Positions 38,103 to 50,569 of a stretch of DNA of 51,698 bases are shown piece by piece. Source of the DNA: Candidatus Eiseniibacteriota bacterium. Its GTDB lineage: Bacteria > Eisenbacteria > RBG-16-71-46. A program made the position numbers and the translations under genes. Position 1 is the stretch's first letter; each line of letters begins with the position of its first letter. The notes beneath the pieces are model-generated. The model searched no databases, was not told the DNA's origin, and worked only from the letters and a program-made list of their open reading frames with translations. The stretch is from contig JBGAOA010000030.1 in NCBI GenBank assembly GCA_044222065.1, positions 1 through 51,698 of the forward strand, read 5' to 3'.

Positions 38103-39563
38103 ATGGCGAAGGCGGCGAAGACACATTTCTTCTGCAGCGCGTGCGGCCACGAGGACGCGAAGTGGTTCGGGCGCTGCACCGCGTGCGGCGCGTGGAACAC
38201 GGCGGCGGAGGCGCCGACCGCGAAGGCGGCGGGCACGGCGCGCGGCGTGGCGCGCCAGCGCTGGGCGCCGGCGGGCGCGGCGTCCGCGTCCGCGCCCCGG
38301 CCGCTCGCCGAAGTGGACGTGGCGCGCGTCGCGCGCACGCGCTCGGGTCTCGCGGAGTTCGACCGCGTGCTCGGCGGCGGACTCGTGCCCGGCTCGCTCG
38401 TGCTCGTCGGCGGCGACCCGGGCATCGGGAAGAGCACGCTGCTGCTGCAGCTCGCGCTCGCCGTCGCCGGCGCCGGACGGCGCGTGCTGTACGTCGCGGG
38501 GGAGGAGAGCGAGGAGCAGGTGCGGTTGCGCGCCAACCGGCTCGGTGCGATCCCCGACACGCTGCTCGTCTACCCCGAGACCGATCTCGAACGCGTGCTC
38601 GAGGCGGCCGCGCGCACGCAGCCCGACGTGATGATCGCGGATTCCATCCAGACGCTCGCGCGCACGGACCTCGAAGGCGGGCCGGGCACGGTGACGCAGG
38701 TGCGGGAGTGCGGACTGTCGCTGCTCCACTACGCGAAGGCCGCGGGCACGGCCGTGTTCCTCGTCGGGCACGTCACGAAGGACGGCGCGGTCGCGGGGCC
38801 GCGCGTGCTCGAACACATGGTGGACGCGGTGCTGTACCTCGAGGGCGAGCGCTACCAGCACTACCGCGTCCTGCGCGCCGCGAAGAACCGTTTCGGCGCG
38901 ACGCACGAGCTGGGGGTGTTCGAGATGACGGACGCCGGACTCGAGGGCGTCGAGAATCCGAGCGAGGCGTTCCTCTCGGAGTCGCGCCGCTCCGAACCCG
39001 GCTCGGCCGTGGTCGCGAGCGTCGAAGGATCGCGGCCGCTGCTCGTCGAAGTGCAGGCGCTCGTCTCGACGTCGTTCTACGGCACGCCGCAGCGCGTGAC
39101 GAACGGCTTCGACGCGAAGCGGCTCGCGGTGCTGCTCGCCGTGCTCGAGCGCCGCGTCGGCCTGAGGCTCGGCCGCCACGTGTTCGTGACGGTGACGGGC
39201 GGCCTCACGCTCGACGAGCCGGGCACCGATCTCGGCGTCGCGCTCGCGGTCGCCTCGTCGTTCCGCAGCCGCCCCGTGCTCGCGCGCACGCTCGCGATCG
39301 GCGAGGTGAGCCTCTCGGGCGAACTGCGGCGCGTCTCGCACCTCGACACGCGCGTCCGCGAGGCGCGCCGGCTCGGCTTCGAGCGCGTCGGCGTGCCGCG
39401 CGCCCAGGCCGAGGACCTGCGCGACGCGGGGCTCGACGTCGCGCCGCTCGCGACCGTGCGCGAGGCGATCGAACAGCTGCTCGGGGAGCGCGTCGCCGCG
39501 CCCGCGGCCGGCGGGGCGGACGCGTCGCCGGGCGAGCGCGCCGAGACCTCGCACGCGCGCTGA
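38103..39563 (+). CDS. radA: DNA repair protein RadA/Sms
   Basis: CSACG...GRCTAC zinc finger, GGDPGIGKSTL, KNRFG motif, Lon-like C-terminus GEVSLSGE. Confidence 0.96.
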   Translation: MAKAAKTHFFCSACGHEDAKWFGRCTACGAWNTAAEAPTAKAAGTARGVARQRWAPAGAASASAPRPLAEVDVARVARTRSGLAEFDRVLGGGLVPGSLVLVGGDPGIGKSTLLLQLALAVAGAGRRVLYVAGEESEEQVRLRANRLGAIPDTLLVYPETDLERVLEAAARTQPDVMIADSIQTLARTDLEGGPGTVTQVRECGLSLLHYAKAAGTAVFLVGHVTKDGAVAGPRVLEHMVDAVLYLEGERYQHYRVLRAAKNRFGATHELGVFEMTDAGLEGVENPSEAFLSESRRSEPGSAVVASVEGSRPLLVEVQALVSTSFYGTPQRVTNGFDAKRLAVLLAVLERRVGLRLGRHVFVTVTGGLTLDEPGTDLGVALAVASSFRSRPVLARTLAIGEVSLSGELRRVSHLDTRVREARRLGFERVGVPRAQAEDLRDAGLDVAPLATVREAIEQLLGERVAAPAAGGADASPGERAETSHAR

Positions 39564-39606
39564 GCGCGCGATTGCGCGGGGCGCGGCGGTTCGGCATGCT
39601 GCCGGC

Positions 39607-40116
39607 GTGAACGACCCCGTCCGGCACGATTCCGCCGCGCCCGCGCCGACGTTGTCCGCGAGCGCGCAGCGCGTTCAGGACGCGATCCGGGCGCGCGGCT
39701 ACGACTACCGCGTCGTCGAACTCGCGGTCCCGGTGCGCACCGCGGCCGACGCGGCGCGCGAGGTGGGCTGCGAGGTCGCCGAGATCGCGAAGAGCATCGT
39801 GTTCCGCGCGGCCGGCGGGCGCGCCGTGCTCGTGATCGCGAGCGGCGCGAACCGCGTGAACGAGGCGCGCGTCGGAGAACTGATCGGCGAGCCGATCGGC
39901 CGCGCGACGCCGGACTTCGTGCGCGAGGCGACGGGCTTCGCGATCGGCGGCATCCCGCCGCTCGGCCACGCGACGCCGCTCGTGACGCTCGTGGACGAGG
40001 ACCTGCTGCGCCTGCCGCTCCTGTGGGCGGCCGCGGGGCATCCGAACGCGCTCTTCCGGCTCGATCCGCACGAACTGCCCGCGCTGTCGGGCGGGCGCGT
40101 GGAGCGGATCGCGTGA
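39607..40116 (+). CDS. YbaK/EbsC family aminoacyl-tRNA editing protein
   Basis: RTAADAA...IAKSIVF, REATGFAIGGIPPLGH, WAAAGHP. Confidence 0.9.
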   Translation: MNDPVRHDSAAPAPTLSASAQRVQDAIRARGYDYRVVELAVPVRTAADAAREVGCEVAEIAKSIVFRAAGGRAVLVIASGANRVNEARVGELIGEPIGRATPDFVREATGFAIGGIPPLGHATPLVTLVDEDLLRLPLLWAAAGHPNALFRLDPHELPALSGGRVERIA

Positions 40117-40802
40117 GCGAGCCGAAGGTCGCCGCGCTGCTGTTGTGCGCGGGCCGGGGCGAGCGGCTCGGGCTCGGCGTCGGCAAGGCGCTCGCCCCGC
40201 TCGCGGGCCGGCCGCTGTTCGCCTGGAGTCTCGAGGCGCTGCAGCGCTGCGACGCGATCCACGGCGTCGTCGTCGTCGGGCCGACCCGCACGCTGCGCGA
40301 ACTGCTCGCCGCGAGCGGGCGCGCGTCCGACAAGGTGCTCGCGTGGACCGAGGGCGGCGCCGAACGCCAGCACTCGGTTGCGCGCGGCCTGTCCGCCACG
40401 CCGCCCGAGTTCACGCACGTCGCGGTGCACGACGCCGCGCGCGCGCTCGTCTCGCCGGCGCTCGTCGCTCGCGTCGTCGCGGATGCCGTGGCGCACGGCG
40501 CGGCGCTCGCCGCGGTGCCGCTCGACGACACGCTCAAACGCGCACGCGACGGCGAGGTCGCCGAGACCGTGCCGCGCGCCGGGTTGTGGCGCGCGCAGAC
40601 GCCCCAGGCGTTCCGGCGCGACTGGCTCGAGGCCGCGCACGCCGTAGCCGCCGACGTCGCGACCGACGACGCCGCGCTCGTCGAACGCCTCGGCCACGCG
40701 GTCCGGCTCACGCCGGGCGAGCCGCACAATTTCAAGATCACGACCCCCGACGACCTGAAACTCGCGGAGGCGCTGCTCTCCGCATTACCGACGAGGACCT
40801 GA
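40113..40802 (+). CDS. ispD: 2-C-methyl-D-erythritol 4-phosphate cytidylyltransferase
   Basis: LLCAGRGERLG...K, GGAERQHSV, VHDAAR, AQTPQAF, TDDA, NFKITTPDDL. Confidence 0.95.
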   Translation: MSEPKVAALLLCAGRGERLGLGVGKALAPLAGRPLFAWSLEALQRCDAIHGVVVVGPTRTLRELLAASGRASDKVLAWTEGGAERQHSVARGLSATPPEFTHVAVHDAARALVSPALVARVVADAVAHGAALAAVPLDDTLKRARDGEVAETVPRAGLWRAQTPQAFRRDWLEAAHAVAADVATDDAALVERLGHAVRLTPGEPHNFKITTPDDLKLAEALLSALPTRT

Positions 40803-40803
40803 G

Positions 40804-41316
40804 ATGCCGGTGCGCGCAGGGATCGGATACGACGTTCATCGGACGACGAAGGGCCGCAAGCTCGTGCTCGGCGGTGTCCGCTTCGAGGCCAACTTCGGGC
40901 TCGACGGCCACAGCGACGCGGACGTGCTCTGCCACGCGATCGGGGACGCGCTGCTCGGCGCGCTCGCCCTCGGCGACCTCGGGACGCACTTCCCGCCGTC
41001 CGACGAGAAGTGGAAGGACGCCTCGAGCATCGACCTGCTCAAGCTGATCCGCTCGATGATCGAGGGCGCCGGCGGGCGCATCGTGAACGTGGACGCGACC
41101 GTGGCGTGCGAGGAGCCGAAGCTCGCGCCGAAGCGCGACGCGATGATCATCAACATCGCGCAGGCGCTGAAGCTCGGGAGCAAGCAGGTGTCGGTGAAGG
41201 CGACGACGAACGAGGGACTCGGCGCGATCGGCAAGGGCGAGGGCATCGCCGCCTGGGCGGTCGCGAGCGTCGAGGTCGCGGACGTCGCCTACCGGCCGAA
41301 GGGCACCGGCGCGTGA
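40804..41316 (+). CDS. ispF: 2-C-methyl-D-erythritol 2,4-cyclodiphosphate synthase
   Basis: GIGYDVH, GHSDADVLCHAI.DALLGA, VKATTNEGLG. Confidence 0.96.
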   Translation: MPVRAGIGYDVHRTTKGRKLVLGGVRFEANFGLDGHSDADVLCHAIGDALLGALALGDLGTHFPPSDEKWKDASSIDLLKLIRSMIEGAGGRIVNVDATVACEEPKLAPKRDAMIINIAQALKLGSKQVSVKATTNEGLGAIGKGEGIAAWAVASVEVADVAYRPKGTGA

Positions 41317-42671
41317 GCGTGCGCGTCCGCTTCGCGCCGAGCCCGACGGGCTGGCTGCACGTCGGCGGCGCGCGCACGGCGTACTTCAACTGGCTGTTCG
41401 CGCGCCAGCGCGGCGGCGCGTTCGTCGTGCGCATCGAGGACACCGACGTCGAGCGCTCGAGCGCCGACAGCGAACGCGGCGTGCTCGCCGACCTCGAGTG
41501 GCTCGGACTCGCGCCCGACGAGGGTCCCGCGCAGGGCGGACCGTACGGACCGTACCGCCAGAGCGAGCGCACGGCGCTCTACCGCGAGCGCGCCGGGCAG
41601 CTCGTCGCGTGCGGCGCGCAATACGACGGCACGTGCCGGCGCCTGTCCGCGGCCGAGCGCGACGCCGCGCGCGCGAGCGGGCGGCCCGAGAGCATCCGAT
41701 TCGTGGTCGAGGACCGCGACTGGGTGTTCGACGACCTCGTGCGCGAGGAGGTGCGCTTCCCCGCGGGGCAGGTCGGCGACTTCGTGATCCTGCGCGCGAA
41801 CGGACTGCCGACCTACAACTTCGCGTGCGCCGTGGACGACGACGGGATGAAGATCTCGCACGTGATCCGCGCCGAGGAGCACCTGCCGAACACGGCGCGC
41901 CAGCTGATGATCTACGCCGCGCTCGGCGCCGAGCCGCCGCGCTTCGCGCACCTCGCGCTCATCCTGAACCGCGACCGCACGAAGATGAGCAAGCGCTCGG
42001 GCGAGGCGGCGGTCGCCGTCGGCGACTGGCGGCGCGCGGGCTACGTCCCGGACGCGCTGCTGAGCTACCTCGCGCTGCTGGGGTTCCACCCGGGCGACGA
42101 CCGCGAAATCCTGTCGCGCGCCGAACTGCTCGAGGCGTTCACGTTCGATCGCGTCGGCAAGAGCGGATCGGTGTTCGACGCGGCGAAGCTCGCGTGGACG
42201 AACGCCACGGTGCTGCATCACGCGGACGGCGCCACGCTCGCCGGCTGGAGCGCCGAGTTCCTGCCCGAGTCCGCGCGCGCGCTGCCGCGGGAAGAGCTCG
42301 AGAAGCTGCTCGAGACCGAGCGCGGGAACATCGCGACACTCGCCGACCTGCCGAACGAGCTGCGCTGGTATCTCGAGGACGCGCCGCCGCTCGAGGCCGA
42401 AGCCGCCGCCGCGCTCGAGGCGCCGCGCGCGAAGGAGCTGCTCGGCGCGCTCGCGTCGGAGCTCGCGCCGCTTGCGCCGTGGAGCGGCGAAGCCTTTAAA
42501 TCCGCGCTTCAATCGACCGGAAAGCGGCTCGGCCTCAAGGGCCGCGACCTCTTCCAGCCGGTGCGCGCGGCGCTCACCGGACGCACGCACGGCCCGGAGC
42601 TGCCGCTGCTCGCCGAACTGCTCGGCCGCGAACGCTGTCTCGCGCGGATCGAACGCGCGGCGAGCGCGTGA
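41313..42671 (+). CDS. gltX: Glutamate--tRNA ligase
   Basis: VRFAPSPTGWLHVGGART, RIEDTD, PYRQSER, PTYNFA, KMSKR, PVRAALTG. Confidence 0.95.
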   Translation: MSVRVRFAPSPTGWLHVGGARTAYFNWLFARQRGGAFVVRIEDTDVERSSADSERGVLADLEWLGLAPDEGPAQGGPYGPYRQSERTALYRERAGQLVACGAQYDGTCRRLSAAERDAARASGRPESIRFVVEDRDWVFDDLVREEVRFPAGQVGDFVILRANGLPTYNFACAVDDDGMKISHVIRAEEHLPNTARQLMIYAALGAEPPRFAHLALILNRDRTKMSKRSGEAAVAVGDWRRAGYVPDALLSYLALLGFHPGDDREILSRAELLEAFTFDRVGKSGSVFDAAKLAWTNATVLHHADGATLAGWSAEFLPESARALPREELEKLLETERGNIATLADLPNELRWYLEDAPPLEAEAAAALEAPRAKELLGALASELAPLAPWSGEAFKSALQSTGKRLGLKGRDLFQPVRAALTGRTHGPELPLLAELLGRERCLARIERAASA

Positions 42672-42717
42672 GCCGCATCGCGCGTCCGGACGTGAGGCTG
42701 CTTCGAGGGAGGAACGC

Positions 42718-43755
42718 ATGAAGGTCGCGGTGCTGATGGGCGGGACGTCGTCGGAGCGCGAGATCTCGCTGCGCACCGGGCGGGGCATCGCCCAGTCGCT
42801 GCGGAACCTCGGGCACGCGGTGACCGCGATCGACGCCGCCGATGGCCGCCTGCTCCCGGCGGGCGAGGAAGAGCGCGCCGCGCTGCCGGCCGCGGAGGTC
42901 GAGCGGCTGCCCGCGACGAGCGAGGTCGCGATCGCGCGCGCCGACGCGGTGAACGAGGCCGAGGTCGTGTTCATCGCGCTGCACGGCGGCGCGGGGGAGG
43001 ACGGCACCGTGCAGGCGCTGCTCGATCTCGCGGGCAAGGCCTACACGGGCTCGAGCGTGCTCGCGAGCGCGCTCGCGATGGACAAGGCGATGTCGAAGCG
43101 CGTCATGCTTCAGGCCGGCATCCCGACCCCGAAGTGGCAGCTGCTGCGGCGCGGCGAAGGCGCGGCCGTCGTGGACGCGACCGCGCTCGGAGGCTATCCG
43201 ATCGTCGTGAAGCCGAACTCGGGCGGTTCGACGATCGGACTCACCGTCGTCACGTCGCCCGCGGATCTGCCGGCGGCGATCGACCTCGCGGCGCGCTATC
43301 CCGGCGACGTGCTGCTCGAGCAGTTCATCCCGGGCCGCGAACTCACGGTCGCAGTCGTGGGGCGCGACGCGCTCCCGATCGTCGAAATCCGGCCGAACAG
43401 CGGCCACTACGACTACGAGGCCAAGTACACCGCGGGGCGCAGCCAGTACTTCTGCCCGGCCGACCTGCCGGAGCCGCTCGCCGCGCGCATCCGCGAACTC
43501 GGCGCGCGCGCCTCGGCGGTGCTGCAGTGCGCGGGCGTGTCGCGCACCGACTTCCGCCTCGACCCGAACGACGAACCGTACTGTCTCGAAGTGAACACCG
43601 TCCCCGGCATGACGCCGACGAGCCTCGTTCCGATGGCCGCGAAAGCCCGCGGCATGTCGTACGACCAGCTCGTTCAGCGCATGCTCGAACTCGCGATCGA
43701 AGAGCGCCACCGGCGCGACGGCCGCGGCACCGCCGCGGGCTCGCCGGGGCGCTGA
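42718..43755 (+). CDS. ddl: D-alanine--D-alanine ligase
   Basis: GGTSSEREISL, ALHGGAGEDG, AMDK, KPNSGGSTIG, YDYEAKY, EVNTVPGMTPTSL. Confidence 0.96.
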   Translation: MKVAVLMGGTSSEREISLRTGRGIAQSLRNLGHAVTAIDAADGRLLPAGEEERAALPAAEVERLPATSEVAIARADAVNEAEVVFIALHGGAGEDGTVQALLDLAGKAYTGSSVLASALAMDKAMSKRVMLQAGIPTPKWQLLRRGEGAAVVDATALGGYPIVVKPNSGGSTIGLTVVTSPADLPAAIDLAARYPGDVLLEQFIPGRELTVAVVGRDALPIVEIRPNSGHYDYEAKYTAGRSQYFCPADLPEPLAARIRELGARASAVLQCAGVSRTDFRLDPNDEPYCLEVNTVPGMTPTSLVPMAAKARGMSYDQLVQRMLELAIEERHRRDGRGTAAGSPGR

Positions 43756-43776
43756 ACCCACCTCCAAGGAACGTCC

Positions 43777-44838
43777 ATGGACTCGACGCTGAGCTTCCTC
43801 AAAGAACTGGTCGAGGCGCACGGTGTGCCCGGCCACGAAGGCGACATCGCCGCCGTGATGGCGAAGCACCTGAAGGGCGTCGGCACGGTCTCGCGCGACC
43901 GTCTCGGCAGCTTCATCTGCGAGAAAAAGGGCCCGGCCAAGGGGCCGAAGATCATGCTCGCCGGGCACCTCGACGAAGTCGGCTTCATGGTGAAGGGCAT
44001 CACGAAGGACGGCTTCGTGAAGTTCCTGCCGCTCGGCGGCTGGTGGGGCCACGTCGTGCTCGCCCAGCGGCTCATCATCCGCACGCGCAGCGGCGACGTG
44101 CTCGGCGTGGTCGGCTCGAAGCCGCCGCACGAGATCAAGGACGACGACCGCAAGAAGGTGCTCGAGATCAAGGACATGTTCATCGACGTCGGCGCGACGA
44201 GCGACTGGGACGTCCGCAAGAAGCTCGACATCCAGATCGGCGATCCGATCGTGCCGGACTCGCCGTTCACGACGATGGCGAATCCGAACCTGCTGCTCGC
44301 GAAGGCGTGGGACAACCGCATGGGCTGCGCGGTCGCGGGCCTCGTCGCGAAGCAGCTGAAGGGCGTCGCGCACCCGAACACGGTGTACGCGGTCGCGACC
44401 GTGCAGGAGGAAGTCGGACTCCGCGGGGCGCGCACCTCGGTGTTCCAGGTGCAGCCGGACGTCGCGTTCGCGCTCGACGTCGGCATCGCGCACGACACGC
44501 CCGGCACCGAAGGCGACGAGAAGCTCGGTGGCGGGCCGCTCGTCGTCGCGTACGACGCGTCCATGATTCCGCACAAGGGACTCTTCGATCTCGTGCGCGG
44601 CACGGCGAAGCAGCTGCGCATCCCGCTCCAGTTCGAGACGATCGAGCGCGGCGGCACCGACGCCGGCGCGTTCCACGTCAACGCGGCGGGCGTTCCGTCG
44701 CTCGCGATCGGCGTGCCGTCGCGCTACATCCACAGCCACGTCAGCATCATCGACCGCCGCGACGTGGACGCGCTCGTGAAGCTGCTCGTCGGCGTCGTGA
44801 AGAAGCTCGACGCCAAGACGGTCGCGAAGCTCGGCTGA
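43777..44838 (+). CDS. M42 family metallopeptidase (TET/FrvX-like)
   Basis: LAGHLDEVGFMV, KAWDNRMG, TVQEEVGLRGA, GGTDAG, RYIHSH. Confidence 0.93.
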   Translation: MDSTLSFLKELVEAHGVPGHEGDIAAVMAKHLKGVGTVSRDRLGSFICEKKGPAKGPKIMLAGHLDEVGFMVKGITKDGFVKFLPLGGWWGHVVLAQRLIIRTRSGDVLGVVGSKPPHEIKDDDRKKVLEIKDMFIDVGATSDWDVRKKLDIQIGDPIVPDSPFTTMANPNLLLAKAWDNRMGCAVAGLVAKQLKGVAHPNTVYAVATVQEEVGLRGARTSVFQVQPDVAFALDVGIAHDTPGTEGDEKLGGGPLVVAYDASMIPHKGLFDLVRGTAKQLRIPLQFETIERGGTDAGAFHVNAAGVPSLAIGVPSRYIHSHVSIIDRRDVDALVKLLVGVVKKLDAKTVAKLG

Positions 44839-44860
44839 CGGACCGCGGCGGACTGCCCCG

Positions 44861-45763
44861 ATGCCCCTGTTGCGCGCCCAGCTCCCGGTGCTTCCGGACT
44901 CCGAGAAGCTCCTCGAGATGGGCGCGCGCATCGGCCTCGTCGTCGTCGTCGCGTTCCTCGTCCTGCAGCTCGCGCGGCTGCTGGTCGGGCGTTTCGAGCA
45001 CGTGCTCGTGCGCGCGGGGCGCGAGTCGCCGCACGCGTTCCAGCGCGCGAAGACGATCGGCCAGATCCTCCGCAGCCTCGTCGCGGTGCTCGTCATCGGC
45101 GAAGCGACGATCCACTCGCTCGGCGTGCTCGGCTGGGACGTCCGGCCGCTGCTCGCGGGCGCCGGCGTGCTCGGACTCGCGATCGGGTTCGGCGCCCAGA
45201 CGCTCGTGCGCGACGTGATCGCCGGCGTCTTCGTGCTCGTCGAGGACCAGTACGCGGTCGGCGACCTCATCGAGATCAACGGGAAGGTCGCGAGCGTGGA
45301 GGCGATCAGCGTGCGGTCCACGACGCTGCGCGACTTCAACGGCCACCTGCATTTCGTGCCCAACGGCGAGATGCGCGTCGTGACGAACCGCAGCCGCGGC
45401 TGGCAGCGGCTCGCCGTGGACGTGCCGGTCGCGAGCGAGGAGGATCTGGAGCGCGCGCTCGCCGTCTGCCGCGACGTCGTCGCGCGATTCAACGCCGATT
45501 CGGAATGGCGACCGCGGCTGCTGGATCCGATCGAGCTGTGGGGCATCGAATCGCTGACGCCGACGGAGGCGACGATCCGGCTCGTCGTGCGCGCCGAGAC
45601 CGGGCCGAACGCGCCCGAGGCCGCGCGGGAGCTGCGTCGCAGGGCGCAGCAGTCGTTGCGGGTCGCGGGGCTGCGACTCGCCACGCCGCGCGAGCCCGTC
45701 CACATGCCGCTCGCGGCCGCCGACGCGGCCGGAGCCCACGAGCCCAGGAGAACGACATCGTGA
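44861..45763 (+). CDS. Small-conductance mechanosensitive channel family protein
   Basis: LLAGAGVLGLAIGFGAQTLVRDVIAG, EDQYAVGD, HFVPNG. Confidence 0.92.
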   Translation: MPLLRAQLPVLPDSEKLLEMGARIGLVVVVAFLVLQLARLLVGRFEHVLVRAGRESPHAFQRAKTIGQILRSLVAVLVIGEATIHSLGVLGWDVRPLLAGAGVLGLAIGFGAQTLVRDVIAGVFVLVEDQYAVGDLIEINGKVASVEAISVRSTTLRDFNGHLHFVPNGEMRVVTNRSRGWQRLAVDVPVASEEDLERALAVCRDVVARFNADSEWRPRLLDPIELWGIESLTPTEATIRLVVRAETGPNAPEAARELRRRAQQSLRVAGLRLATPREPVHMPLAAADAAGAHEPRRTTS

Positions 45764-47154
45764 CGCTGCGGATCTACGACCACCTGAAGCGCGAGAAGCG
45801 GGAGTTCGCGCCCGTGACCCCCGGCAAGGTCCGCATGTACGTGTGCGGGATGACGGTGCAGAACAAGCCGCACGTCGGTCACATTCGCGCTTCGCTCTCG
45901 GCGGAGGTCATGCGGCGCTACTTCGAGCACCTCGGCTACGAGGTGGACTACGCCTACAACTTCACCGACATCGACGACAAGATCATCGAGCGCGCGGCGA
46001 GCGAGGGCGGGGAGTGGACGAAGGTCAGCGAGCGGAACATCGAGGCCTACCTGCGCTTCGCGGACCTGCACAACGTGAAGCGCGCGACGGTGTATCCGCG
46101 CGCGACGCAGCACATCGCCGAGATGCACGCGATGATCGCGCGACTGATCGAGTCCGGGCACGCCTACGCGGCCGGCGGCGACGTGTACTTCGACGTGCGA
46201 TCGAAGTCGGACTACGGAAAGCTGTCGGGCCGGCGCGTGGACGAACTGCGCGAGGGCTACCGGATCGAGCCCGGCGAGGCGAAGCGGGACGCGCTCGACT
46301 TCGCGCTCTGGAAGGGCGCGAAGCCGGGCGAGCCCGCATGGGAGTCGCCGTGGGGCCCCGGACGCCCCGGATGGCACATCGAGTGCTCGGCGATGGGCAT
46401 GAAGTACCTCGGCGAGACGTTCGACCTGCACGGCGGCGGCGAGGACCTGCTGTTCCCGCACCACGAGAACGAGATCGCCCAGTCGGAGGCCTACAGCGGC
46501 AAGCCGCTCGCGAACTTCTGGACCGAGAACGGGCTCGTGAACCTGGGCGGCGCCAAGATGTCGAAGAGCGACGGCAACTTCTTCTTCATCGAGGACATCG
46601 CCTCGCAGGTGGACGCCGAGGTCACGCGCTTCTACCTGCTCTCGACCCACTACCGCAGCCCGATCGAGTTCAGCCTCGAGCGCCTGAAAGAGGCGGGGGT
46701 CGCCTATGCCCGGCTGCGCGCGCCGCTCGAGCGCGCGAACGTCTGGGCGGCGCCGCCGGCCGCGGGGCGTCCGGGGGGCGCCCTCGGGGAGGCCTGCGCC
46801 GAGGCGGAGCGGCGCTTCCACGAGGAGATGTCGGACGACTTCAACACCGCCGCGGCCCTCGGCCACCTGTTCGACCTCGCACGGGCCGTGAACCGGAGCT
46901 TCGACGAGGGCGGCCACGCCGAGGCGGTCGCCGGGGCGACCGAGCTGTTCCGGCTCGGGTCGATCCTGGGGCTCTTCTGGAAGGCGCCGGCCGGTGAGGC
47001 GTGGTCCGCCGAGGTGCTGGAACTGGCGGCAGCCCGCGAGGCGGCCCGGAAGGGGAAGGACTGGAAGCGTTCGGACGAGCTGAGAGACCAGCTCGCCGGC
47101 CTGGGCGTCCTCGTGAAGGACACGGCTGAGGGGCAGAAGCTCAGCCGAAAGTAG
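45760..47154 (+). CDS. cysS: Cysteine--tRNA ligase
   Basis: MYVCGMTV...[52 protein letters not shown]. Confidence 0.97.
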   Translation: MTLRIYDHLKREKREFAPVTPGKVRMYVCGMTVQNKPHVGHIRASLSAEVMRRYFEHLGYEVDYAYNFTDIDDKIIERAASEGGEWTKVSERNIEAYLRFADLHNVKRATVYPRATQHIAEMHAMIARLIESGHAYAAGGDVYFDVRSKSDYGKLSGRRVDELREGYRIEPGEAKRDALDFALWKGAKPGEPAWESPWGPGRPGWHIECSAMGMKYLGETFDLHGGGEDLLFPHHENEIAQSEAYSGKPLANFWTENGLVNLGGAKMSKSDGNFFFIEDIASQVDAEVTRFYLLSTHYRSPIEFSLERLKEAGVAYARLRAPLERANVWAAPPAAGRPGGALGEACAEAERRFHEEMSDDFNTAAALGHLFDLARAVNRSFDEGGHAEAVAGATELFRLGSILGLFWKAPAGEAWSAEVLELAAAREAARKGKDWKRSDELRDQLAGLGVLVKDTAEGQKLSRK

Positions 47155-47244
47155 TCGCCGCCGTGCTCCGGCGCATCCGGTGGGTCCGGGCTTCCCGGTC
47201 CGCCGGCCCGATGACCGACGCGGGGCAGGGGAGAGAGTTTTTCG

Positions 47245-47274
47245 TTGACCGGCCGGAGAAGGCGGGCCTAGGCT
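47245..47274 (+). promoter_or_regulatory. Candidate sigma70-type promoter for the peptide/activator genes
   Basis: TTGACC-N18-TAGGCT preceded by a T-run. Confidence 0.4.
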
Positions 47275-47428
47275 CTTGTCAGCGATCGGGCTACGTCGCT
47301 GAGCGGCTGGAAGAAATCACCCCGTATCCATCCCCCACTTCCCGCCTCGAAGCCACGCGATAGCTCGATGGACCGGGGCCAGGCCATCGCCATGGCCCCA
47401 TTGTTCTTTTCGCAGGGGAAGGGAGTAC

Positions 47429-47797
47429 ATGCGTCGATTCGCAGCGAATCGGTGGATGGCGCTCGTTCTCGCAATCGCGATGTCGACTGCCACGCTCATC
47501 GCCTCGTACGGGACAGCGTCAGCGGACCCGTTCATGGGCGGTGATGGCGGCGACGACGGCGGCGTCGGCGGCAGCTCGGGAGGCGTCACCAATCCGCCCG
47601 TGCCCGGCCCCGGCAACTACGGCGATCCGGACGTTCCGGAGACCGGAGTCAAGCGGCTGTCGCCTCGCATGCAGGTGGGTCGGCTGGCGAGCACGCAGAC
47701 GAATTCGACCGCGGGTGACGGTCGCGTCGCGAGCGTGAGCTGGTTGCAGCGCTATCAGTGGGTGCTGAAGGCCTATTTGAAGGCGTTCATGCGCTAG
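47429..47797 (+). CDS. Small secreted Gly/Asp-rich protein (122 aa), possible signal-peptide precursor
   Basis: AAGGGAG RBS; signal peptide ending TASA; GG-rich stretch, GDPD, amphipathic C-terminal helix [19 protein letters not shown]. Confidence 0.7.
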   Translation: MRRFAANRWMALVLAIAMSTATLIASYGTASADPFMGGDGGDDGGVGGSSGGVTNPPVPGPGNYGDPDVPETGVKRLSPRMQVGRLASTQTNSTAGDGRVASVSWLQRYQWVLKAYLKAFMR

Positions 47798-47843
47798 TCG
47801 TCGTCGGGCCGCCAACGCAGTTCGTCGTGACCGGAGTGACCGA

Positions 47844-50245
<2,402 letters not shown>

Positions 50246-50326
50246 TCGAAGTCCCTCGATGTGCTTCGCGGCGAGCCTGAAGGCTCGCCGTTTCGCTTTC
50301 CGACCGACTCGACGACCGCTTCCTCC

Positions 50327-50428
50327 GTGTCACCCTGTTACCGTGAGGTGACACTCCACCAACCACATGGCTTCCAACGGTTTGGTGGGATCGAGGGCCG
50401 CACCTCGTGTTACCGCAATCGGTGACAC
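50327..50428. promoter_or_regulatory. Two palindromic enhancer-like (UAS) sites
   Basis: GTGTCACC-c-TGTTACC-gtga-GGTGACAC (50327-50354) and GTGTTACCG-caat-CGGTGACAC (50407-50428). Confidence 0.65.
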
Positions 50429-50543
50429 CTCGAGCGCTCGAGCCTCGATCACGAGCGGGCATCACGAGCGCGTGGCGCCAAGAAAGCACGATTTTGGCGG
50501 GTTTTTCGCGCTACTCGCGTGTCCCACACCGATTCGTGACGAG

Positions 50544-50559
50544 TGGCACGCAGGGTGCT
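50544..50559 (+). promoter_or_regulatory. Sigma54 (-24/-12) promoter
   Basis: TGGCACGCAGGGTGCT: GG(50545-46)-N10-GC(50557-58), close to the TGGCACGN4TTGC(A/T) consensus. Confidence 0.75.
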
Positions 50560-50569
50560 GAGTGTCGTC

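Noticed and set aside
50473..50488. Second GG-N10-GC (TGGCGCCAAGAAAGCA) as the sigma54 promoter
   Set aside because: Lacks T before the -12 GC and is close to the enhancer; the 50544 site fits the consensus better
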